A stretch of 58,886 nt of DNA from Desulfuromonadales bacterium (lineage in GTDB: Bacteria; Desulfobacterota; Desulfuromonadia; Desulfuromonadales; UBA2197): the NCBI GenBank assembly GCA_034370465.1, contig JAXMLA010000192.1, forward strand, positions 1 to 58,886. Reading direction: 5' to 3'. The notes under the pieces are model-generated. The model had not been told where the DNA came from. It searched no databases and saw nothing but the letters and a program-made list of their open reading frames with translations. Shown piece after piece: positions 50,701 to 58,886 of the stretch. The number at the start of each line of letters is the position of its first letter. The stretch's first letter is position 1. A program made the translations under genes and the position numbers.

Positions 50701-50714
50701 GGTCAATCGTCCCT

Positions 50715-51134
50715 TCAGGCGTTCTGGCTGCAGCAACGGCGACAGGTACCGAGGGCCTGCATGATCTGGAGTTCGACCTGGCCATCGATCTGGCTCGCCA
50801 GCTCGGCACAGCCGCAGTCGTGGATGTCCTGCACCGTGCGGCAGGCGAGGCAGACAAAGTGATGATGATGTTCGCGATTGGCGCAGTAGTAGTAATAAAG
50901 CTGCCGGTTGGGGTGGAGAATCTTGCTGAGCACCCCCTGGTTGGAGAGTTCTTCGAGGTTGCGGTAGATCGTCGGCAGTCCGACCTTGTTGTCAGCGCGT
51001 AGTTGCAGTTGACTCTGCACCTCCTCGGGGCTGAGATAGGTGGGAGCGGCGCGCATGATATCGAGGATGGCCAGACGCTGCGGCGTCGCCTTGAGTTGCA
51101 GATTTTTAAGGAGTTGGGAAAAATCGCTCGGCAT
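50715..51134 (-). CDS. zur: Fur-family regulator, probably Zur
   Basis: KATPQR, TIYRNL, HHHHFVCLAC, CRRC; first gene of the znu operon. Confidence 0.85.
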   Translation of the reverse strand: MPSDFSQLLKNLQLKATPQRLAILDIMRAAPTYLSPEEVQSQLQLRADNKVGLPTIYRNLEELSNQGVLSKILHPNRQLYYYYCANREHHHHFVCLACRTVQDIHDCGCAELASQIDGQVELQIMQALGTCRRCCSQNA

Positions 51135-51145
51135 GAAGATCTCGT

Positions 51146-51168
51146 TAAATAGAAATGATTTTCATCTA
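51146..51168. promoter_or_regulatory. Putative Zur/Fur box
   Basis: TAAATAGAAATGATTTTCATCTA, 23-bp imperfect palindrome just upstream of zur. Confidence 0.65.
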
Positions 51169-51259
51169 AATAGCCGAGGAAGCACCACTTGTCAAGGCAG
51201 AAGTCGCAGCTCGCAACAGCCGTTGACACTGCCTGAGCAAGCCCGTACACTGCGCAACC

Positions 51260-52618
51260 ATGAAACAAAAGACCCTCTACAATTGTCAGCAATGCGGCTT
51301 CCAGTCGCCCAAATGGCTGGGGCGCTGCCCCGACTGCGGCGCCTGGAACTCTCTCGCCGAAGAGACCGTCACCATCACTGCCAAAGGGAGTACGCCGCGG
51401 ATGACCGCCTCCCTCGGCCGGCCGCAACGCTTGCATGAAGTCGATGCCAGCGAAGAGGATCGGCTCCAGTGCGGCATCAGTGAATTCGACCGCGTCCTCG
51501 GCGGCGGCGTCGTCCCCGGCTCCCTGATCCTCATCGGCGGCGACCCCGGCATCGGCAAGTCGACCCTGCTGTTGCAGGCGGTCGGCCAGCTTGCCGCCAG
51601 CGGCATCGCCCTGTATGTCAGCGCCGAAGAATCGACCAAACAGATCAAGATGCGCGCCGATCGCCTCGGCGTCGCGGACGGGCAGCTCTACCTCCTTGCC
51701 GAGACTGCCCTCGAAGCGATCCTCGACCGGGTGCGCGAACTCAAGCCCGCCTTTCTGGTTATCGACTCGATCCAGACGATCTTCACTGCCGCCCTCGAAT
51801 CCGCCCCCGGCTCGGTCAGTCAGGTGCGCGAATGTGCCGGCCGGCTGATGCAGACCGCCAAGGTCGACGGCATCCCCACCTTCCTTGTCGGCCACGTTAC
51901 CAAGGATGGCGCCATCGCCGGGCCGCGCGTCCTCGAACACCTCGTCGACACCGTTCTTTACTTCGAAGGGAATCCCGGCCATCCCTACCGCATCCTTCGC
52001 GCCGTCAAGAACCGCTTCGGCTCGACCAACGAGATCGGTGTCTTCGAGATGAAGGAATCGGGTCTCAGCGAAGTCGCGAACCCGTCGGAACTCTTCCTCG
52101 CCGAGCGCGCCGAAGGCGCCACCGGCAGCAGCGTCGTCGCTTCTCTCGAAGGGAGCCGGCCGATCCTCGTCGAAGTGCAGGCGCTGGTCTCCGGCTCCTC
52201 CCTCGGTACGCCGCGGCGCACCACCATGGGGATCGACCACAACCGTGTCTCCCTCCTCGTCGCCGTCCTCGAAAAGAAGGTGGGGCTGTCGCTCCTCGCC
52301 CAGGATATCTTTGTCAACGTCGCCGGCGGCGTCAAACTCGACGAGCCGGCCGCTGATCTGGCGGTGATGGCGGCCCTCGCCTCCAGCCACATGAACCGGC
52401 CGATCCCGCCGCGCGCCATCCTCTTCGGCGAAGTCGGCCTCGCCGGCGAAGTCCGCGCCGTCTCCCGCCCCGAACTGCGGGTCAAGGAAGCGGCCCGCCT
52501 CGGCTTTACCCGCTGCCTGTTGCCGCAGGGAAATTTGAAAAATCTCGACGCCCCGCCGGGGATGGAATTGATTGGTGTACGCAGCGCCGCCGAGGCGCTG
52601 GAAGGCTTGTTTGAATGA
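51260..52618 (+). CDS. radA: DNA repair protein RadA/Sms
   Basis: C4 zinc finger, [14 protein letters not shown], Lon-like C-terminus. Confidence 0.97.
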   Translation: MKQKTLYNCQQCGFQSPKWLGRCPDCGAWNSLAEETVTITAKGSTPRMTASLGRPQRLHEVDASEEDRLQCGISEFDRVLGGGVVPGSLILIGGDPGIGKSTLLLQAVGQLAASGIALYVSAEESTKQIKMRADRLGVADGQLYLLAETALEAILDRVRELKPAFLVIDSIQTIFTAALESAPGSVSQVRECAGRLMQTAKVDGIPTFLVGHVTKDGAIAGPRVLEHLVDTVLYFEGNPGHPYRILRAVKNRFGSTNEIGVFEMKESGLSEVANPSELFLAERAEGATGSSVVASLEGSRPILVEVQALVSGSSLGTPRRTTMGIDHNRVSLLVAVLEKKVGLSLLAQDIFVNVAGGVKLDEPAADLAVMAALASSHMNRPIPPRAILFGEVGLAGEVRAVSRPELRVKEAARLGFTRCLLPQGNLKNLDAPPGMELIGVRSAAEALEGLFE

Positions 52619-52629
52619 TGGAGGTGAAG

Positions 52630-53115
52630 ATGAGTCAGGGATTAACCCATTTCGATAGTGACGGCAAAGCAGTGATGGTCGAGGTCGGCGAGAAGACGCC
52701 GACGCGGCGGGTGGCGGTGGCGAGCGGCGAGGTGCGGATGCGGCCGGCGACATTGCAGCGCATCCTCGACGCCACCATCGAAAAAGGCGACGTATTTGCC
52801 GTCGCCCGCCTCGCCGGGATCATGGCGGCGAAGAAGACGCCCGATCTTATCCCTCTGTGCCATCCCCTCCTCCTCACCGGCATTGCCGTCGACTTTCTCC
52901 CTTATCCCGCCGAGGGGCGAGTGACGATCAGCGCAACGGTGAAGTTGACCGGCACCACCGGGGTGGAGATGGAGGCCTTGACAGCGGTCGCGGTCGCCGG
53001 ATTGACGATTTACGATATGTGCAAAGCGATCGATAAAGAGATGGTGATCGGTGCCATCCAACTTGAAAGCAAAGAAGGCGGGAAGAGTGGCACCTTCCTT
53101 CGCTCGGAGATTTAA
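52630..53115 (+). CDS. moaC: Cyclic pyranopterin monophosphate synthase
   Basis: [27 protein letters not shown]. Confidence 0.95.
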   Translation: MSQGLTHFDSDGKAVMVEVGEKTPTRRVAVASGEVRMRPATLQRILDATIEKGDVFAVARLAGIMAAKKTPDLIPLCHPLLLTGIAVDFLPYPAEGRVTISATVKLTGTTGVEMEALTAVAVAGLTIYDMCKAIDKEMVIGAIQLESKEGGKSGTFLRSEI

Positions 53116-53119
53116 AACT

Positions 53120-53629
53120 ATGCAGACCTACCGTATCCGGAATTCTTTCGTCCTCCCTCTCGGCCTCGTCGTCCTCCTTTGTCTGGTCCTCGCAGGGATT
53201 GTCATCATTCAGGAGCAACCTTCCGCTAAGTTGCTGGTGGTCGGTTGTGCCCTCCTCCCCCTCGGCTATCTCCTCTTTGAATGTGTAGCAAGACGGATCG
53301 AAGTCGATAGCGATGGCTTGCGATTGATCCGCCTCGGCCGGGTGCGGGCTTTTCTCTGGAGCGAGATTACGGCGGTGGAGACGGTGCGGGTTCGGCAGCG
53401 GGCCTTCCTGACGATCAATGCCGGCGACGATTTTTTGATTATCGCCAATATGTATGCCGGCTTTGACCGTTTGCTGGGGACGGTGCTGGCGCAAGTGCCG
53501 ACCCCGACAATCAGCGAAGAGACCCGGGCTCTTGCCTCGTCGCCGCCGACGAAACATTCTGATATCGTGATCCTCTGGGGTTTGGCGCTGATGATGGCTT
53601 ATCTGATCTTTGCCCAATTCCCTCGCTAA
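53120..53629 (+). CDS. Hypothetical membrane protein (bacterial PH-like)
   Basis: Two N-terminal TMs, soluble middle region, C-terminal TM; operonic with moaC. Confidence 0.7.
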   Translation: MQTYRIRNSFVLPLGLVVLLCLVLAGIVIIQEQPSAKLLVVGCALLPLGYLLFECVARRIEVDSDGLRLIRLGRVRAFLWSEITAVETVRVRQRAFLTINAGDDFLIIANMYAGFDRLLGTVLAQVPTPTISEETRALASSPPTKHSDIVILWGLALMMAYLIFAQFPR

Positions 53630-53724
53630 TCCTCCTGGTGAAAGAAACACTTTTTTATCTGATTGACCGTAAATGGTTTCTTCTTTATAATCGCCAGCTA
53701 ACCTAAACTGACAAGGGGCTAGCA

Positions 53725-54081
53725 ATGGACCATATCCAGTTGGAAGAACTCAAGAAAACCCTCCATGAGCAGCTTGACACCTTGCTGCGCGATGCCGGCA
53801 GAACCGTCACCGAGATGACGGATGAAAAGACCAATTTCCCTGACCCCACCGACCGTGCCTCTCTCGAATCCGATCGTAACTTCGAGCTGCGAATTCGTGA
53901 CCGCGAGCGCAAACTCATCCTCAAAATTCGTGAAGCTTTAGAGCGTATCGATGACGGAGAGTTTGGCATCTGCGAAAGTTGCGGCGAGGACATCAGCCCG
54001 GCCCGTTTAAAGGCCCGGCCGGTGACGACCCTCTGCATCGATTGCAAAACCGAGCAGGAACGCCAGGAAAAGATCGGCTGA
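53725..54081 (+). CDS. dksA: RNA polymerase-binding factor DksA
   Basis: FPDPTDRASLE, RDRERKL, CESC..RLKARP..CIDC. Confidence 0.93.
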   Translation: MDHIQLEELKKTLHEQLDTLLRDAGRTVTEMTDEKTNFPDPTDRASLESDRNFELRIRDRERKLILKIREALERIDDGEFGICESCGEDISPARLKARPVTTLCIDCKTEQERQEKIG

Positions 54082-54191
54082 TCCCTCCGTCCCTGAGGCC
54101 CAATGCAGCCATCGATTGAGGAGATTTTAAATCCCGCGACCAGCGCCGACCGCTGCGTTATGGTTGCTCCTCTTGCGGAAGGCCCCTGCTG

Positions 54192-55520
54192 ATGGCGACC
54201 AAGCACCTCAACACCTTCAACGCCTATTCCCTCGGGATTCAGCGAACGCAACGGCTCAACGACCTCATCCACTTTTTCCTTTCGGCATTAACCGCCCCGA
54301 GCGGCGGCAATTTTGCGGCGGCAATCCTCCTGCTTTACAACAAGCGCTCACACGTATTGCAAGGGATGCTCGGCATCACCCAAGAGACCGCCGCTTTTGT
54401 CCTCCCCCCTGAAGCCCCCCTCCAAGCCTGGAGTCATCCCCGAGTCACGACCGAGAGTCAGCGCCGGCAACGCGATGAAGACTTTAATCGTGCCGCCATC
54501 CGTCTGCGCTTTCAACTGGCGGCGACAACGTTAATCTCCCAGGCTTGCAAAGAGGGAGTGACCTGCACCCTGCCAGAGACTGAAGAGGAAGATGAAATTA
54601 CCGCCCTCTTTAATCACTTCTTTGCCATCCGGGAGTACGCCTGCATTCCGCTCTGCGGTCGCGAAGGGTTGATCGGTGCCCTGATCCTCACCGGCAGCCC
54701 CGCGTCCCTGCCGACTTCAAGGCTTGCGGAAGCTGAAGCTTATGCGCGTCACGCCGAAGTCGCCATCGATAATGTCATGCTGTTGCGCCGACTGGAAAGT
54801 ACCAATGAAGAGTTGCGCGGGCTTGAGGTGCGGTCGCAACAAGATGAGAAGATGGCCCTTCTCGGCGAACTGGTGGCATCGATTGCGCACGATTTGAAGA
54901 ATCCGATGATCGCCATCGGCGGCTTTGCCCACCGCTTGGAGCGGTTAATCGATAGCGAGGAAGCCCGCTTTTATGTGGAGACGATCAAGCGGGAAGCCCG
55001 TCGCCTCGAAGAGATCGTCGGTGGTATCCTCTCCTTTTCGCGCAAGCAGATGATCTGTTACGATTCCTGCCATCTGCCCGAGTTCATCGGCGCCTTGCTT
55101 GCCAAAGAGGAACAATCGATGGCGCAAGCCAATATCCAGGTCGAGATCAAGGCCGAAGCCGGTCTGCCGGGGGTTTTTGGCGATGCGGTCCGCCTTTCCC
55201 AACTCTTTACCAACCTTATCCAGAACGCGACGCAAGCGATGCCGCAGGGAGGGGACCTGATTCTTCGCTTCAAGGCGGTACGACTGCACGGCGACCGGGC
55301 TGTGCAGGTCGAGATTGAAGATAGCGGCACCGGCATCCCGAAAGAGGTGATCGATAGCATCTTCAAGCCCTTTTTCACCACCCGTGCCGAGGGGACCGGC
55401 CTGGGTCTGGCGATCTGTGCGCGGATTGTCGAGCAGCATCAGGGGAAGATCAAGGCATTGAATTCACCGGCCGGCGGGGCGATCTTCCGCGTCACCCTTC
55501 CCGTGCAGCACCGCCGATAA
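54192..55520 (+). CDS. GAF-domain sensor histidine kinase
   Basis: GAF-like N-terminus, AHDLKNP, NLIQNA, DSGTG, PFFTT, GLGL. Confidence 0.88.
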   Translation: MATKHLNTFNAYSLGIQRTQRLNDLIHFFLSALTAPSGGNFAAAILLLYNKRSHVLQGMLGITQETAAFVLPPEAPLQAWSHPRVTTESQRRQRDEDFNRAAIRLRFQLAATTLISQACKEGVTCTLPETEEEDEITALFNHFFAIREYACIPLCGREGLIGALILTGSPASLPTSRLAEAEAYARHAEVAIDNVMLLRRLESTNEELRGLEVRSQQDEKMALLGELVASIAHDLKNPMIAIGGFAHRLERLIDSEEARFYVETIKREARRLEEIVGGILSFSRKQMICYDSCHLPEFIGALLAKEEQSMAQANIQVEIKAEAGLPGVFGDAVRLSQLFTNLIQNATQAMPQGGDLILRFKAVRLHGDRAVQVEIEDSGTGIPKEVIDSIFKPFFTTRAEGTGLGLAICARIVEQHQGKIKALNSPAGGAIFRVTLPVQHRR

Positions 55521-55544
55521 TTTTCACAAATACCTAAAAAATTC

Positions 55545-55573
55545 TTGACAGTCACGCAGGTATCTACTATAAA
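55545..55573 (+). promoter_or_regulatory. sigma70 promoter of tRNA-Phe
   Basis: TTGACA-17bp-TATAAA. Confidence 0.8.
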
Positions 55574-55586
55574 TCACTGCTCTGAC

Positions 55587-55662
55587 GCCCAGATAGCTCA
55601 GTCGGTAGAGCAGTGGACTGAAAATCCACGTGTCGCTGGTTCGATTCCGGCTCTGGGCACCA
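55587..55662 (+). tRNA. tRNA-Phe(GAA)
   Basis: 76 nt; acceptor stem GCCCAGA/TCTGGGC, anticodon loop CT-GAA-AA, GGTTCGATT T-loop, CCA end. Confidence 0.97.
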
Positions 55663-55670
55663 TAAATTTC

Positions 55671-55705
55671 AAGGGGTTAGCCGTTTGGCTGACCCCTTAT
55701 TTTTT
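55671..55705 (+). terminator. Intrinsic terminator after tRNA-Phe
   Basis: AAGGGGTTAGCC-gttt-GGCTGACCCCTT followed by a T-run. Confidence 0.8.
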
Positions 55706-55986
55706 GTGGTTGACGCGACTTTTGACGCGAATTAACCTCAGGCCTTTGAGTCATCTCAGGCTTTTTCTTATTCGTTTCTTTGTACCATCCTCGCCTTCTC
55801 GCCGTTTTCAGTGATTGACTTGCTCTTCTTACTTGCACTATCCTTATAACTCAAACGCTTTGCTGCCAGCCTTCAGGTAGAAGACGATCATTCTGACAGG
55901 GCCCCGCGTATAAAGAGTCGAGCTGAAGGGGGCGGCAATTTTGCCGCCCTTTCGTTTTTACGAACAAATTCTGGGAGCAACATCTG

Positions 55987-56427
55987 ATGGTAAAAAAAAT
56001 GTCTACCGGTGATATTACCGAGGCGCGCTGTACCCGTTGTCAAGAGGTTATGAACCATACCATCGTTGCCATGGTTGAAGAAAAGATCGTCCGCGTTCAG
56101 TGCAATACCTGTAACGGCGTGCATAATTACCGTAGTCCGCTGCCTGCCAAAAAAGCCGCCGCCCCCAAAGCGGCCTCAGCAACCACCGCCAAGGGTGCTC
56201 CGCGGGTGAGCCGTAAAGACCCGGCGGCCGGAGAAAAGCAGGAGTGGGCCGAGCAGATCGTCAAGATGCAGCCGGAACAGGCGATTGCCTACAGCATGCA
56301 AGGCAAGTACAAGGTCAACAGCCTGGTCAAACATACGACTTTCGGACTCGGTATCGTCAAACGCCAAAGCCCGGGCAAGGTAGAGATGCTCTTTGCCGAC
56401 GGCAAGAAAATGCTGAAAAGCCAGTAG
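55987..56427 (+). CDS. Hypothetical protein with zinc-ribbon N-terminus
   Basis: CTRC..H..CNTC, Ala/Lys linker, H-TFGLG motif; followed by a hairpin and T-run at ~56455..56484. Confidence 0.8.
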   Translation: MVKKMSTGDITEARCTRCQEVMNHTIVAMVEEKIVRVQCNTCNGVHNYRSPLPAKKAAAPKAASATTAKGAPRVSRKDPAAGEKQEWAEQIVKMQPEQAIAYSMQGKYKVNSLVKHTTFGLGIVKRQSPGKVEMLFADGKKMLKSQ

Positions 56428-56533
56428 AATATCCCTAGAGGACGCGTCCCTGCGAGGCGGCCGTCATGGCCGCCTCCCTTTTTTGTGCCACGCGATCCTT
56501 GATCTCCATCTTTTCTGAGAACCCGCAGCGGCC

Positions 56534-58402
56534 ATGCATCTTCATCTTGTCACTCTTCACGTCAAGCCCTCTCCACAGTCGGTCCCCCTTGCTGCCGCCT
56601 TTCTCCATGCCAGTATTGCTTCCCATTTTCATCGAAAAAAAACGGTTAAAGTCACCTTGGGCGACTATCTTTGCGGCACTGCCGTCGCGACGATGGCAAT
56701 GGAGATTGTGCAAACCGGCGCCGGGATCGTCGGTTTTAGTCTTTATGTCTGGAATCGTGCCGAGGTCGTTCTTCTCGTCCAGGAATTGCGCAGACGGTTG
56801 CCGCAGCTGATCCTGTTGTGTGGCGGCGCTGAGGCAACCGCTGATCCGGCCGGCGTGATGGCGGAAGCGCCTTTCGACTTTCTGGTGGTCGGCGAAGGGG
56901 AGGGGACGCTGCCGGAACTCCTGCATCGCCTTCTTTATGCCTTACCCCTCGACGACCTGACCGGCCTGCTTTGCCGGCATTCGGCTGAAATCGTCCCCGC
57001 ACCGCCCCTTTCCCTGGAAAAACTCCCGTCCCCCTGGCTGTCCGGTCAGCTCGATGCCTACATCCCGGACGGGGTTTTATGGCAACTTGCGCGCGGCTGC
57101 TCCTTTGCCTGTGAATTCTGCTTTGATGGTATGGGGACGCGGACGGTGCGGCGCTTCCCCTTGGAGCGGGTTGCAGCGGAACTCGATTATCTCGTGCGCC
57201 ATGGCGTCCGTCAGGTCTTTGTCCTCGACTCCACCTTTAATCAGGATCTCAAGCGGGCCAAGCTCATCCTCAAGATGATCCGGGAGCAAGCGCCGCAGGT
57301 GCACTTCCACTTTGAAGTCCGCTACGAATTTCTCGATGCCGAGTCAGCGCAACTCTTTGCGGAGATCTCCTGCTCTTTGCAGATCGGGCTGCAATCAGCC
57401 TCCCCCCGGGTTCTCGGCATGGTCGGCCGCCGTTTCGACCCCGAAGAGTTCAGGCGCAAGATCGCCCTGTTGAACCACGCCGGTGTCACTTTCGGTTTCG
57501 ATCTGATTTATGGCCTCCCCGGCGACTCGCTGCCGGAGTTCAGAAAGAGTCTCGATTTTGCTTTGCAGCAGTATCCCAATCAGCTCGACATCTTCCCGCT
57601 GGCGATCCTCCCCGGTACCCCCTTGGCGAGCAAAAGCGGAGAGTTGCAGTTGCAGCATGTGCCGCATCCCCCCTACACCATCCAGGCAACGCCGACCTTT
57701 AACGCCCAGGATCTCGCCGCCGCCCGTCGCCTCGCGCAGGCCTGCGACATCTTCTACAGTCGGGGCAAGGCCGTGGCATGGTTTAACTCCATCGCTGCCG
57801 GATTGAAACTCTCCCCTTCTGAGCTTCTTCACACTTTTGCCGATTGGCTTCTGGCGGAGGTTGGTCATGACCCTGAACCCGAGGAGCAGACCGATGAAAC
57901 GATCTGGTCATGGCAGCGGCGCTTTCTCAGTGAGATCTTCCCGCGCCGGAGCGTCGCAAAACTCCTGCCGATGGCCCTCGACCTCGTCGACTACAACTAT
58001 TATCACGCGGCAATTATCCAGTCTCCGTCTCCCCGGAGCCCTAAAACCCGTGACCTGGCTAAGATCGACGCGTTGCGTACCCCGCTGCGGCGCAGTGACT
58101 CTGCCCGCTTCGCGACCTTTCACTATGACATCGAGGAACTTTTGCAGCTCGGGGCACTACAACTCGCCGCGGCAGTGCCCCGGCTCAAAGCGGTCGGCTC
58201 TTTTGCCGTCCTTTATTCCGGACAGGGGGAGGTCTGCACGGAAGTCCTCCCGCAAACGTATTTTCAATTACTGCTGGAGCTCGATGGAAACCGGCCGGCA
58301 GAAAAACTTGCCGCCCGGCTGGGAATCAGCAGCAGCGAGGCCCGGAAATTTTTAAAGATTGCCCTGCAAGAAGGGATCGTCGTTGCCACGCCCAGGGGAT
58401 GA
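56534..58402 (+). CDS. B12-binding-domain radical SAM protein
   Basis: GFSLYVWN, GGAEA, GEGE, RGCSFACEFC, DLIYGLPG. Confidence 0.9.
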   Translation: MHLHLVTLHVKPSPQSVPLAAAFLHASIASHFHRKKTVKVTLGDYLCGTAVATMAMEIVQTGAGIVGFSLYVWNRAEVVLLVQELRRRLPQLILLCGGAEATADPAGVMAEAPFDFLVVGEGEGTLPELLHRLLYALPLDDLTGLLCRHSAEIVPAPPLSLEKLPSPWLSGQLDAYIPDGVLWQLARGCSFACEFCFDGMGTRTVRRFPLERVAAELDYLVRHGVRQVFVLDSTFNQDLKRAKLILKMIREQAPQVHFHFEVRYEFLDAESAQLFAEISCSLQIGLQSASPRVLGMVGRRFDPEEFRRKIALLNHAGVTFGFDLIYGLPGDSLPEFRKSLDFALQQYPNQLDIFPLAILPGTPLASKSGELQLQHVPHPPYTIQATPTFNAQDLAAARRLAQACDIFYSRGKAVAWFNSIAAGLKLSPSELLHTFADWLLAEVGHDPEPEEQTDETIWSWQRRFLSEIFPRRSVAKLLPMALDLVDYNYYHAAIIQSPSPRSPKTRDLAKIDALRTPLRRSDSARFATFHYDIEELLQLGALQLAAAVPRLKAVGSFAVLYSGQGEVCTEVLPQTYFQLLLELDGNRPAEKLAARLGISSSEARKFLKIALQEGIVVATPRG

Positions 58403-58630
58403 AATTTAACTTTGAAAAAAATTTAAAAAAATAGTTGCATTGGCCGAGAAGGACGTGTAATGTTCGCCAGTAAGTTTGTGTAACCTTTTTGTTCAACAAT
58501 TGACAGCGTGTCAGTAAGGAACAGAACACACAGACACCCAGTTTGTGTGTGTTTTTGTTTGTTGTTACAAGAAGTAGAGTTTGCACAACAATTTCAACCG
58601 GCCCCAAGGGGGACGAAAAGGAGCAAGACA

Positions 58631-58831
58631 ATGGCAGAAGGTACAGTCAAATGGTTTAACGACGCCAAAGGGTTCGGATTCATTCAGCAGGACAATGGTC
58701 CGGACGTCTTTGTTCACTTCTCTGAAATTCAGGGTAACGGTTTCAAATCCCTTGCCGAGGGCGATCGTGTAACGTTCGAAGTCGGTCAGGGCCAGAAAGG
58801 CCCCCAGGCCTCGAAAGTCAACAAGATTTAA
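58631..58831 (+). CDS. Cold-shock protein (CspA family)
   Basis: [19 protein letters not shown]; long 5' leader. Confidence 0.96.
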   Translation: MAEGTVKWFNDAKGFGFIQQDNGPDVFVHFSEIQGNGFKSLAEGDRVTFEVGQGQKGPQASKVNKI

Positions 58832-58859
58832 TTCTTGTTTGCTGACGCAATGATTAACA

Positions 58860-58886
58860 AAAGCCCCGTGCCTCTGCACGGGGCTT
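58860..58886 (+). terminator. Terminator hairpin after csp, cut by the window end
   Basis: AAGCCCCGTGC-ctct-GCACGGGGCTT. Confidence 0.75.

Noticed and set aside
50639-52753. 704-aa minus-strand ORF
   Set aside because: Antisense shadow of radA; no recognisable motifs
54103-54192. 29-codon ORF ending Cys-TGA before the GAF kinase (selenocysteine or frameshift?)
   Set aside because: The downstream gene is in another frame, no SECIS-like hairpin is evident, and there is no homology support
55587-55760. tRNA-Phe as an island attachment site
   Set aside because: No integrase and no duplicated tRNA 3' end in the window

Overview
A ~62% GC chromosomal window, most likely from a Desulfuromonadales (Desulfuromonas/Geobacter-like) anaerobe; the taxon is inferred from gene content and style. 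The first ~38 kb is one coherent alcohol/aldehyde-oxidation island. (1) A tungsten-type aldehyde:ferredoxin oxidoreductase (aor) with TupABC, tandem moeA, moaD/moeB-like, moaE-like, moaA, MOSC and mobB genes, a SPASM radical-SAM maturase, and two Moco/Tuco-type riboswitches. (2) A variant mycofactocin cluster (mftA ending IDGICGVY, mftB, mftC, mftF) with no mftD or mftE in the window; an OYE/4Fe-4S flavoprotein and a full ETF/FixABCX set sit between mftC and mftF. (3) An MDO/MNO-like nicotinoprotein alcohol dehydrogenase with its MoxR-AAA/VWA pair. (4) Two Fe-ADH-like gene + PAS histidine kinase modules (one ErcA/ErcS-like) and a sigma54 activator. Five sigma54 promoters share a 16-bp upstream motif and an AAAC-N4-GTTT box next to the -24 element, which suggests one regulon. 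A decayed segment follows (Fe-S oxidoreductase, mobA and XRE pseudogenes, comM fragment). The rest is ordinary genes: SulP-USP, HelD-like helicase, ABC-F, zur-znuACB, radA, moaC, dksA, tRNA-Phe, a B12 radical SAM and a cold-shock gene. All calls are from reading motifs by eye; no database searches were run.
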